A stretch of DNA of 64,000 bases, from contig CAZMZH010000003.1 in assembly GCA_964570665.1 (NCBI GenBank), positions 244,701 to 308,700 of the forward strand, written 5' to 3'. Positions 19,062-27,510 of this stretch are shown here, one piece after another; the first letter of the stretch is position 1; every line of letters starts with the position of its first letter. This DNA is from an uncultured Nitrospinota bacterium (GTDB taxonomy: Bacteria > Nitrospinota > Nitrospinia > Nitrospinales > JAJDAT01). The notes below the pieces were generated by a model. That model was not told the origin of the DNA, made no database searches, and worked only from the letters and a program-made list of their open reading frames with translations. A program made the position numbers and the translations under genes.

Positions 19062-20903
19062 TTATTGGTTTTGTTTTTGAATGAAATCTAACGTTGCGAG
19101 AGCGGTTTGGTTTTGAGGATTGTTTTTTACTATTTCCTCAAATATTTGAGCGCTCTGTTTCCATTGGCCTAGCTTGAAGTAACTTCCTCCAAGCGCCTCT
19201 AAAACTATATTCTCTCCAGGTTTTAACGTTAGCGATTTTTTAAATTGCGCAACCGCTTCTTTATACCGCTTTGTAGAATATAAAAAATTTCCTAAGAAGT
19301 AATAATTTTGGTAGTTATTTGAGTCAATGGCTACAGCCTGGCGTAATAAATTCTCAGCTTGAGTCAGTTGACCGCTCATATAAAAACTGTTGCCCAATTG
19401 GATAGATATTCCCGAATCTTTAAAGTCTTTTAATTCTAAAGCTTTTAAAAAATAAGGAATGGCTTTACGGGGTTGTTTTTGTTCTAAAAATATTTCTCCT
19501 AAAAGCACAAAAATTTCGTGGTTATTGGAATGAAGTTTTGAATACTCCAAAAGGAAGCCAATGGCCTTGTTATATTCTTTTCTGTTTTTGTAAACGATCC
19601 CTTTTAAATAGTTTAAATAACCTGTTTTTATAAGTGTTGGTTGAATTCTGCGATTTGAATTTTCAAAAGTATTAGCCGCTTCAGGTTGAGAAAAGTTGAA
19701 AGATAAATTATTTTCCTTAGTGATAGGAAGGAAATCTGCTTCAAGGAGTTTGTTGTAAGCTAAATTAGCTACAATTTGGTGTCCGGAAGGTGTCCAGTGA
19801 ATCTTTTCGGGAAAATTGATTGGGAACAGATAGGATCTTTGGAGTTTTTTTAGAGATTCTATTAAATCAAACCAGACAATGGTTTTTTTTTCGCGAATTA
19901 AATGGGGTTTTAAATTTTGAGGTAATACTGATACCTCAAAAATTTCTTTTGGCGAAGGGACAATTAGCATTAGAAGTTTGGCTTCTAATTCCTCTACGAG
20001 GTCGGAAAATTTTTCAAAAGCGACGCTATAAAATACAGGTTCAAGCCGCTTTTTAGAGACATTTTTTATTATTCCATAGGGGGTATCGATATCAAATGAG
20101 GAAAGCTGACCGATAGCTGGCCGATCAAGAAAATACTTCAAATTCTTTGGAATATTGTTGTTTGGACTGGTTGGACGGACTAGTCTTTTTCGAATATTCC
20201 GCTCCATAAAACGGAGTAAATGTGATTTTGGAAAAAGAGAATCGTAACCTGGAATATTTTGGATAAAGTTCAATGTATGAGCCATCAAAGGGCGAACCCT
20301 AATATCAAAATTGATTCCTTTAATTTTGATTAATCCTTTTTGCTTTGATATAGCTTCCAATGAGAGCTGATCGGCTAAGATCTCCGATAAGTCAAAAGTT
20401 CCTAACTCTCCAGTATGGTGATAGGCGACAATTAAATCTGGAGAATATTTTTTTCCTTCGTTTTTTAAGAAAGTAAAAAATTCCGCTAATTCCCAAAGGT
20501 TTTTCCCAGCGTTAACGACTTCAAAACGCTTTCCCTTTATTCGTTCAGTTAAGATTTTTTCCAGATAATATGCAAACGTTTCGTTGTTGTTAACTCCAGA
20601 CGCCGCAAAAATTGAACCTCCAATACATAAAACCCGGAAAACATCGTCAGGTTTTTCGTAATCGATATTTCGAAAGGTTCTTAAGTGGCGGGAATCCGTT
20701 TTAAGGGTAAATGGAAAATCATCGAAAAAGACTTTTTCATGATAGTTCGCTCGGAAAGCGGTTGCGTTTCCGAATTGAGATGTAGTTGCGTTTGAAAAAA
20801 TAGACTCAGGACTGAATTTTTGTAGGTAGAGTTCGCTAGTAACGACTACAAAAAAAATAGCGAAAGAGAAGTAGGCGGCCTTTTTTAGAAGTTTGTAAAT
20901 CAT
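19062..20903 (-). CDS. membrane-anchored SGNH-like (GGS variant) domain fused to C-terminal TPR repeats
   Basis: 613 aa. N-terminal TM. FRVLCIGGSIFAASG (block-I-like) and EKIHWTPSGHQIVANLAYNKL (block-V-like). The C-terminal roughly 190 aa are TPR. Confidence 0.6.
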   Translation of the reverse strand: MIYKLLKKAAYFSFAIFFVVVTSELYLQKFSPESIFSNATTSQFGNATAFRANYHEKVFFDDFPFTLKTDSRHLRTFRNIDYEKPDDVFRVLCIGGSIFAASGVNNNETFAYYLEKILTERIKGKRFEVVNAGKNLWELAEFFTFLKNEGKKYSPDLIVAYHHTGELGTFDLSEILADQLSLEAISKQKGLIKIKGINFDIRVRPLMAHTLNFIQNIPGYDSLFPKSHLLRFMERNIRKRLVRPTSPNNNIPKNLKYFLDRPAIGQLSSFDIDTPYGIIKNVSKKRLEPVFYSVAFEKFSDLVEELEAKLLMLIVPSPKEIFEVSVLPQNLKPHLIREKKTIVWFDLIESLKKLQRSYLFPINFPEKIHWTPSGHQIVANLAYNKLLEADFLPITKENNLSFNFSQPEAANTFENSNRRIQPTLIKTGYLNYLKGIVYKNRKEYNKAIGFLLEYSKLHSNNHEIFVLLGEIFLEQKQPRKAIPYFLKALELKDFKDSGISIQLGNSFYMSGQLTQAENLLRQAVAIDSNNYQNYYFLGNFLYSTKRYKEAVAQFKKSLTLKPGENIVLEALGGSYFKLGQWKQSAQIFEEIVKNNPQNQTALATLDFIQKQNQ

Positions 20904-20937
20904 GACATCCTAAGCCGAAAACTTCAGGCAATAAAAG

Positions 20938-22311
20938 TTAGTCTAATTGATCGGCAAGCTCTTCTGCGGGATAGGTTAATATCTCGGACAGGGTTGGATG
21001 GTAATGTGGAATCTTTGCTAAGTCTTTAACCGTTCCTTTGAAATACATGATGGCGATGAGTTCGTGGATCATTTCTGCCGCTCCAGGGCCGACAATATGG
21101 GAACCGATGATTTGCCCAGTTTTAGGGTCGCACATCAATTTAACATGTCCGCGTGTTTCCCCAAGGCACATAGATTTTCCATGATCGTCGAAGGGGTAAG
21201 AAGCTGCCAGATAGGAAATGTTTTTGGCCTTACATTCTTTTTCGGTCAATCCCACACTGGCAACGGCAGGATCTGTAAAAGCGATATTGGTTTTTAAATA
21301 GTCTTCAAATTGGATGGCTGGTTGATCCGTTAATATTGCATTGCGAGCGGCTATCTCTCCTTGCCAAATCGCGGTATGGACCACTTCATGGACGCCATTA
21401 ACATCCCCCACCGCAAATATATGGCGTTGGTTCGTTCGCATTTCTAAGTCGACTTGAACCCTTCCTTTATTCAATTCAACTCCAGCCGCTTCTAAATTAA
21501 GTCCGTCTGTATTGGCGCGTCTGCCTAAGGCTTGCAAAACGGTTTGTGCGGAAACGGTTTTTTCCAGACCCTCATGGGTGAAATGAGCCGTCGTGAGCTT
21601 TCCGTCGCGAGTGAACTTGTTGAGGCTTGTGCTTGTGTAAACATTCATGCCTTCTTCGCGAAGTTGAGCTTCGACAGGGCGAGCCAAATCTTCATCGCCA
21701 GAAGAAAATATGTGACCACTCCTCTGAATCAGGGAAACTTTGACGCCAATTCGACAAAAAAACTGAGCCAATTCTGTAGCTACCGGACCGGCGCCTAAAA
21801 CGATCATAGATTCTGGCATTTCGCGCATTTCTAAAGCATGATCGCTCGTGATATACCCAGCTTCTTTTAGACCGGGGATTGGAAAATCCGAGATAATGGA
21901 ACCCGTTGCGATAATAAAATTTTGGGCTGAAAGTTTTTTAGAGCCTACTTGAATTTCTTGCGGAGAGATGAAATAGCCTTTTTCTTGAATTAAATCAAAC
22001 CGTGGATTATTTAGCTGGCTGATGCGGTAATCCGCAAATTCTCCAATTAAGCGATTTTTGCGATTAATGATGGCGCTCAAATTTGCTTTAGTAGCTGCAG
22101 GGGCTAGCCCAAATTCTTGTGTCCGAGCGGTTAAGGCCATAACCTCGGAAGATCTCAAAATAGCTTTAGAGGGCATACAACCGCGTAGGATGCAAAGTCC
22201 GCCTAAAGGGCCTGGGTCCAGAATTGCAACTTTTGCGCCTGCATTTTGCGCGGTATCGGCGGCTGAATAACCGGCAGAACCGCCGCCGATAATGATGATG
22301 TCGTAATCCAT
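20938..22311 (-). CDS. class I pyridine nucleotide-disulfide oxidoreductase (dihydrolipoyl dehydrogenase / mercuric-reductase-like)
   Basis: 457 aa. FAD site IIIIGGGSAGYSAA, redox disulfide GGLCILRGCMPSK, NAD site VLGAGPVATELAQ, dimer-interface HYHPTLSE. Confidence 0.85.
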   Translation of the reverse strand: MDYDIIIIGGGSAGYSAADTAQNAGAKVAILDPGPLGGLCILRGCMPSKAILRSSEVMALTARTQEFGLAPAATKANLSAIINRKNRLIGEFADYRISQLNNPRFDLIQEKGYFISPQEIQVGSKKLSAQNFIIATGSIISDFPIPGLKEAGYITSDHALEMREMPESMIVLGAGPVATELAQFFCRIGVKVSLIQRSGHIFSSGDEDLARPVEAQLREEGMNVYTSTSLNKFTRDGKLTTAHFTHEGLEKTVSAQTVLQALGRRANTDGLNLEAAGVELNKGRVQVDLEMRTNQRHIFAVGDVNGVHEVVHTAIWQGEIAARNAILTDQPAIQFEDYLKTNIAFTDPAVASVGLTEKECKAKNISYLAASYPFDDHGKSMCLGETRGHVKLMCDPKTGQIIGSHIVGPGAAEMIHELIAIMYFKGTVKDLAKIPHYHPTLSEILTYPAEELADQLD

Positions 22312-22327
22312 GGGGAGAAAAGAAAGG

Positions 22328-22864
22328 TTAAGAGCCGTTCCCGTTAAAATCAGCGGGGTTCAAGCCAAATTCGGCGTAACATTCTTTTAATAAATCTGCG
22401 GCATTTGAAGCCATTTGCGCGTCGCCTTGCTCTTCAAATAATTTTTTCGCTTTGATGAGGTTGGTAATGGTGGGTTTTCCTTGTTTGATGGAGTAATGCA
22501 CCATGGCTAAATTGCTATAGGCTTTCGCAAAATTCGGATTGATTCGTACCGCTTCTTGGTAATGTTTTACGGCTTGTTCAACTTGGCCGCTTAAATTGCT
22601 GACGACCGCAAGGCAGTAATGAACCATAGGATCTTCCGCTTGAATCTCTATCGCTTTTTTGAAGCATTCCGCGGCTTTTAAATTTTGCGGAAGTTTACCG
22701 TAGCGAAGCCCCATGTTATACCAGGCCTTGAAGTGAGTTGGGTCTAACTCAACCGCTTTTGAGTATGCTTTGATAGACTCTGCATTTTTTTGAACGCGGC
22801 CAAGCGCAGCGCCTTCGTTAAACCATTCTTCAGCTGTTTTTTCCGATTCTGATTCTTGAGACAT
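22328..22864 (-). CDS. TPR-repeat protein
   Basis: 178 aa containing several TPR units (KAWYNMGLRY, AKAYSNLAMVHY). Confidence 0.8.
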   Translation of the reverse strand: MSQESESEKTAEEWFNEGAALGRVQKNAESIKAYSKAVELDPTHFKAWYNMGLRYGKLPQNLKAAECFKKAIEIQAEDPMVHYCLAVVSNLSGQVEQAVKHYQEAVRINPNFAKAYSNLAMVHYSIKQGKPTITNLIKAKKLFEEQGDAQMASNAADLLKECYAEFGLNPADFNGNGS

Positions 22865-23019
22865 GTCCTCGTCCTAAAAAGTTTTCGTAATTGTAAGGGT
22901 AAATTGAAATTTTAGTATCGAATATGCTACCTTATTACCGCCTTAAAATGCAATAAAGACATAGATTTCATTTAATTTTATCAAATGTAGGCTGTTTTTC
23001 TTTATGAAGCCAGCTTGCC

Positions 23020-23343
23020 ATGCGCTTTTCTGGAGGTTTTGCCGGAATGTCAATTTCGCCCGGTTCGGATGAAGAACGATTATTGTTAGGAAAATGGATC
23101 AAAATGGGAAATAATTTAATTGTGGCAACATTTCCCTTTGGAGAATCTCTCCTGGACCCAAAAGTAAAAAGAGACGATGAAACAGCTAAAAGAGCTGAAG
23201 AATACGTCCAGTTTGACCATGAGGTTGCAGAGAAGCTTTCTCATTTAAAGGGTAAGTTTCGTTATTCTTTAGAAACTTATTTTCGCGATACTTGGGGGGC
23301 TATGTTACCCACCGATGAAGAATTGGAAAAAATAGATGGCTGA
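23020..23343 (+). CDS. hypothetical small protein
   Basis: 107-aa ORF. A more likely start is ATG 23047, with GGAGG at 23032-23036 ten nt upstream. The stop overlaps the next start in ATGGCTGA. Confidence 0.45.
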   Translation: MRFSGGFAGMSISPGSDEERLLLGKWIKMGNNLIVATFPFGESLLDPKVKRDDETAKRAEEYVQFDHEVAEKLSHLKGKFRYSLETYFRDTWGAMLPTDEELEKIDG

Positions 23344-23659
23344 AGTTAAAATCGCCGATCTAAGCGATGCCCCCGCAGAAGGAACTGGAAAAGCCATTGA
23401 GTTTGAACATCCGCTCACAGGCTACGAGTATGGTATTGCCTTATTCCAGGTAAAAGGTAAGTTTTATTCAATGACCAATGAATGTAAACGGTGTTCCGGA
23501 CAATTAGGTATTGGGGAATTGAATGGATATTATGTGATTTGCCCAAGGGACGATACCCCCTGGAATGTGAAAAACGGTTTATGCAAGTTTAATAAATCCC
23601 TTTCCATGTCTACTTACAAGGTTCAAATAAAAGATGGCGGATTAGTGATCGTTATTTAA
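23336..23659 (+). CDS. Rieske-fold-like small protein lacking the canonical His ligands
   Basis: 107 aa. The length and beta-pattern are those of a Rieske/NirD-type domain. The ligand positions read CKRC...CPRD rather than CxH...CxxH. Confidence 0.45.
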   Translation: MAEVKIADLSDAPAEGTGKAIEFEHPLTGYEYGIALFQVKGKFYSMTNECKRCSGQLGIGELNGYYVICPRDDTPWNVKNGLCKFNKSLSMSTYKVQIKDGGLVIVI

Positions 23660-23700
23660 AAGGATTACAAATAAATAGCGATTATCGGCAAAGCTCTTTC

Positions 23701-24438
23701 TTAATAGCGAATCTCTCCTCCGTATATTTTTCGAGTTTCCCCACCCATATCCAATGGGTGATCGTATCCAGGTAAAATAGTCCCGTCTGCCGAGTAAGGA
23801 CCTATTTTACTCCATGTTCCATAGGGCGGTTCCTTAACGTACTCAATTTCTAAAATGGCCTTAGGGTTTTTGTAGCCGTACTTAAAGGGCATTATCACTC
23901 GAAGCGGAAATCCATGTCCATCGGATAAAGGTTTGTCGTTCATTGCGTACACCAGGAGAGATCGCGGTTGTAAAAGATCCTCTCGGAGAGCGGCTTCTAT
24001 GTAATCGTCCGCACAATGAAAAACGATTCCTTTTGCTTCGGGTAAAGGCTCTGCCAAATGGTCTAGCTCTGAAAAATGAAATCCCGCCCATTCCGCTTTA
24101 GCGGACCAACATTCCACGCATTTGAGTCGCGATGTTTGCGATTTTTTAGGAAAAGTTTTGAGTTGGATTAAAGTAAACGTTTGAGGATTTTTGCACAATC
24201 CGTGAACTCGTAAAGTCCATTTTTCTCCATCCACTCTTAAAAATGGTTTCCAATAGTTAACGTAAAACTTTTGGAATGGGTTTGTCCGCGTTTTCCCAAT
24301 ATAAGGCGTTCCTGTATAAAAGTCTTTGTCAGCCCCTTTAGCTGGGGAGCGGAACCCAAAAATTCCCAAAAAAACCGTAAAGATTTCTATAAACCAGACT
24401 AAAAAAGTTCTGCGTGAAAATTTTATTATCGCGCGCAT
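23701..24438 (-). CDS. Tat-exported molybdopterin oxidoreductase, sulfite-oxidase family (MsrP/YedY-like)
   Basis: 245 aa. Twin-arginine signal FSRRTFLVW. Mo-ligand cysteine context RLKCVECWSAKAEWAGF. GFPLRVIMPFKYGYKNPKAI is typical of the YedY family. Confidence 0.8.
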   Translation of the reverse strand: MRAIIKFSRRTFLVWFIEIFTVFLGIFGFRSPAKGADKDFYTGTPYIGKTRTNPFQKFYVNYWKPFLRVDGEKWTLRVHGLCKNPQTFTLIQLKTFPKKSQTSRLKCVECWSAKAEWAGFHFSELDHLAEPLPEAKGIVFHCADDYIEAALREDLLQPRSLLVYAMNDKPLSDGHGFPLRVIMPFKYGYKNPKAILEIEYVKEPPYGTWSKIGPYSADGTILPGYDHPLDMGGETRKIYGGEIRY

Positions 24439-25025
24439 CGAAACCCCAAAAAAATAAATCGTCGCTCTGGAGAGGCCAAAGCAATATCAAATGTCTTGCT
24501 ATATTCGTACTCCAAATGAAAATTCCACAACCCACCGCGAATTATTTTTTTGTTATCGCGGTTTGTGGTCGTCCATTCCCAAACAGAACTCGCCATATCC
24601 CGAACGCCAAAGTAAGAAACATCTTTTTTATTAAGTCCAACTTTTCGTTTAATGATACCCGAATGAAAAGGATGCGCTTTCTTTTTTAATTTCTTGTTTC
24701 CCCAGGGATAAACGCGGTCGTCTAACCCACGCGCTGCCTTTTCCCATTCATTTGAACTTGGCAATCGTTTATTTTGCGCCATACAATAGTCGTTTGCTTC
24801 TTTCCAAGTAATCTGTGAAACGGGGTGAGCGTTGGCGTTTGGAGGGAAAGGGTGATTTGGAGCCCAGTTTGTGAATTCTTGGTTTGTAATCTCAAAACGA
24901 TCAATAAAAAAGCTTTTTAATTCGATCGTCTCAAGGTTTTCGGTGTCTCCCATTTTAAAAGGACCTGCTGGAACCCTGATCATTTCAGATGCTTGAGCAG
25001 TTCGCAAATCACCGCATCCAATCAA
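24426..25025 (-). CDS. FGE/SUMF1-domain protein, probable lipoprotein (start codon uncertain)
   Basis: 199 aa from TTG 25025. ITWKEANDYCMAQNKRLPSSNEWEKAARG, IIRGGLW, LGFRCAR. The frame stays open upstream to 25082 and encodes ...KPILLTFAVLIGC, a lipobox, with no ATG/GTG/TTG. The stop overlaps the downstream start by 13 nt. Confidence 0.8.
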   Translation of the reverse strand: MIGCGDLRTAQASEMIRVPAGPFKMGDTENLETIELKSFFIDRFEITNQEFTNWAPNHPFPPNANAHPVSQITWKEANDYCMAQNKRLPSSNEWEKAARGLDDRVYPWGNKKLKKKAHPFHSGIIKRKVGLNKKDVSYFGVRDMASSVWEWTTTNRDNKKIIRGGLWNFHLEYEYSKTFDIALASPERRFIFLGFRCAR

Positions 25026-25411
25026 AACCGCGAATGTAAGGAGTATAGGTTTTAAATTTCGAAAAACGTTCTTCTTACGCTCCTATGTGCTCATTAGTTT
25101 ATATGAGGAAGTCGATTAAAGGTCCTAAAGCTTACATATGTAGAGATAATAAGACTTATTATAAGGGGTTGATGGCGTCTTTGAACAGAATCGCCAGAAA
25201 AATTTCCGGTAAAGCTAAAAGATTGTCCTTGATGGCTTCATAAGAAAATATATGGTGGTGTGATAATAATTTCCTAGCCCTCTTGCGTTCCTGTCTTTGC
25301 TAGGATATTGTGTAAGGTTTGAAATCGTTAAATTGACATAAAAAGCGGTCAGAGAACACTTTCTTTGGAGCGCTTGCTTTGAATAGACCGAACAACTTAT
25401 AGGAATCGTAA

Positions 25412-27082
25412 ATGGCGGATTTTACCCGAGAAGAAATTGAAGAGAAGCTAGCCGAGTTGGCTGAGTTAGCGGAAGCAAAAGCGGCAGAAGAATCTGAAGA
25501 CAGCGAAATTGAAATCTCTGTTACGGAAGTAAAAGACGAAGACGACGATATCGAAGACGAAGAGGGATCTGAAGTAGACGCGACAGAAGAGTCTGATGAC
25601 AGCGAAGAAACCGGAGAAGGCGAAGAAGTTAAAGAATTGGAAGAAGGGGAAAAGGCAGAATCCGAGGGAGAAGAAGAGCCTGGAGAAGCTTTGGAGCAAA
25701 TTCCAGAAGAACCCGAAGAAGAGGTTTTTACCTTTGCGGGAACCGATCTCGGAGGTTTGGATCTTTCGGGTTTGGATATGTCCGGTCTCGATTTCACGGG
25801 CGCTAATTTAAAAGACGTCAATTTAAACGAAGCCATTCTGGAAGGCGCAAATTTTGAAAAATCCGATTTTACAGGAGCTGAGTTGCAGGAAGCTGAATTG
25901 AGCGACGCCATTTTTTCTGAAAGCGTTCTTGTTAAAACAAGTTTTGAAGGTTCAAATTTATCGCAAGCGGACTTCACCGACGCTCAGTTGGACGAAACGA
26001 ATTTTACTAACGCCAATTTGAGCGACGCCATTCTTGCCAAACACGATTTGAGAAAGACCACCCTAGATGGCGCTGATTTCCGGCGTACGATTCTTGCCGA
26101 GTGCGATTTAAGCGGAATGGAATTCAATGAGATGACCTTTTCCAAAGCCAATTGCGCTCGGGCTAATTTAGAAGGATCTAAATTTTTCGAATGCGATTTA
26201 AGCCGCGCAAATTTTAAAAATAGCAATTTCAAAAATGCGGATCTTTCCGATTCCAAGCTCAACCAGGGAAATTTTTATGCCGCCGATTTTACTGAAACGG
26301 TTTTGATTCGAACAAGCGCTAAAGGGGCTAATATGGCCGAAGCAAAATTAATCGAGACTAATTTAACTCGCGCCAATTTAGCGCAAATCGATTTTACGGA
26401 TGCTACGGTTCATCGATCTAACCTCAGTCGAACAAAGTTGAGCAGCGCTATTTTTCGTAGGACGGACTTGGAAGGGTCTAATCTGAGCGAAGCCGATTTA
26501 AATATTGCCGATATGACAGCGGCTAATTTAAAATCCACCGATCTTTCGGGAGCAAATATGAGCCGGGTAAAGCTCCCAGAAGGTAAGCTCAACGGCGCTC
26601 AATTGAGCCGAACCGATTTGACTCGTGGAAAATTCATGAAAGCCGAAATGTCGGATGCCGATTTGAGTGGTTCAAATATCTCTGGCGCAGATTTTTCCGA
26701 AGCCATTATTGAAAAAACAGATTTCAGTCGTTCCAACTTGGTAGAGGCTAAATTTTTTAAAGCCAAAGCGGAAGGTTCTTTTTTATCGGGCGCGGATCTA
26801 CAAAAAGTTGATTTCTCAGAAAGTGATTTTCAAAACGCAGAGTTTTCTGGCGCTAAACTTGGCGAAGCAAATTTGGAAAAAGGCGTGTTTACAGGCGCCG
26901 ATATGCGGCGTGCCGATTTTCAAAAAGCCAATTTAAACGAGATCAATTTAGAAAAAGCCAATTTATCCGGCGCAAAATTTGGCGAAGCTTCTCTAACCAA
27001 AGCGAATCTAACGGGAGCCAAATTAGACGATGCCGATTTAGACGGCGCCGACCTTGCTGGGGCTAAAGGCCACTCCGTTTAG
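25412..27082 (+). CDS. large pentapeptide-repeat protein with poly-acidic N-terminal region
   Basis: 556 aa. The first roughly 105 aa are dominated by E/D (EESEDSEIEISVTEVKDEDDDIEDEEGSEVDATEESDDSEE...). The remaining roughly 445 aa are uninterrupted A(D/N)LxX pentapeptides. Confidence 0.9.
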   Translation: MADFTREEIEEKLAELAELAEAKAAEESEDSEIEISVTEVKDEDDDIEDEEGSEVDATEESDDSEETGEGEEVKELEEGEKAESEGEEEPGEALEQIPEEPEEEVFTFAGTDLGGLDLSGLDMSGLDFTGANLKDVNLNEAILEGANFEKSDFTGAELQEAELSDAIFSESVLVKTSFEGSNLSQADFTDAQLDETNFTNANLSDAILAKHDLRKTTLDGADFRRTILAECDLSGMEFNEMTFSKANCARANLEGSKFFECDLSRANFKNSNFKNADLSDSKLNQGNFYAADFTETVLIRTSAKGANMAEAKLIETNLTRANLAQIDFTDATVHRSNLSRTKLSSAIFRRTDLEGSNLSEADLNIADMTAANLKSTDLSGANMSRVKLPEGKLNGAQLSRTDLTRGKFMKAEMSDADLSGSNISGADFSEAIIEKTDFSRSNLVEAKFFKAKAEGSFLSGADLQKVDFSESDFQNAEFSGAKLGEANLEKGVFTGADMRRADFQKANLNEINLEKANLSGAKFGEASLTKANLTGAKLDDADLDGADLAGAKGHSV

Positions 27083-27101
27083 GCCACAGAATTGCGCAGA
27101 A
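27083..27101 (+). repeat. solo left-end motif of the CACAGAA-periodic repeat family
   Basis: GCCACAGAAttgCGCAGAA sits directly after the TAG stop (27080-27082). The same motif occurs at 29136 and 30114. Confidence 0.6.
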
Positions 27102-27246
27102 AAAGCGGAGGCCTTTTCACTAATGGTTAATTGGTATGTAAACCTATCAAAAGGTTTATGGCTTTAAGGTCTCTTTTGCAAGTTGCTTAATCTCAGAACT
27201 GGTTTATTTGATTAACGTAAAATAAACTTAGTTTTTCTCCAACACC

Positions 27247-27352
27247 GTCCCCGCAGCGCGTCATTCAGACGAACCTCATAGAGGTGAGGAAGAATCTCAT
27301 TTAGAACCTTGATCTCTTAAGAAAATTTAGATTAATAGTTTTAAACGCAATC
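27247..27352 (+). repeat. intergenic repeat module (GCGYGTCATYC ... hairpin ... GAGGRA-ATCTC family), copy 1
   Basis: The 79-nt core 27247-27325 aligns with 29295-29373 with few substitutions outside a central hairpin. Weaker similarity continues to about 27352. Confidence 0.7.
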
Positions 27353-27510
27353 TCCAGTTCCTTAGAAGCGGCTTTGGGATTTACCGCTTTTAAAACATTT
27401 CTGTTATATTTTACTCTCATTAGAAATTTCTTTGTAACGTTTTTCCTTTTTGAACGACTATTTTACGACTCATTTTTTTAATCCACTGATCCTATTGTTG
27501 AGGCTCCCCA

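Noticed and set aside
25300-25977. 225-aa minus-strand ORF, extremely Ser-rich
   Set aside because: It is the antisense reading of the GAA/GAT-rich acidic region and the pentapeptide repeats of the 25412..27082 gene. It has low-complexity composition and no start context. It is a shadow ORF.
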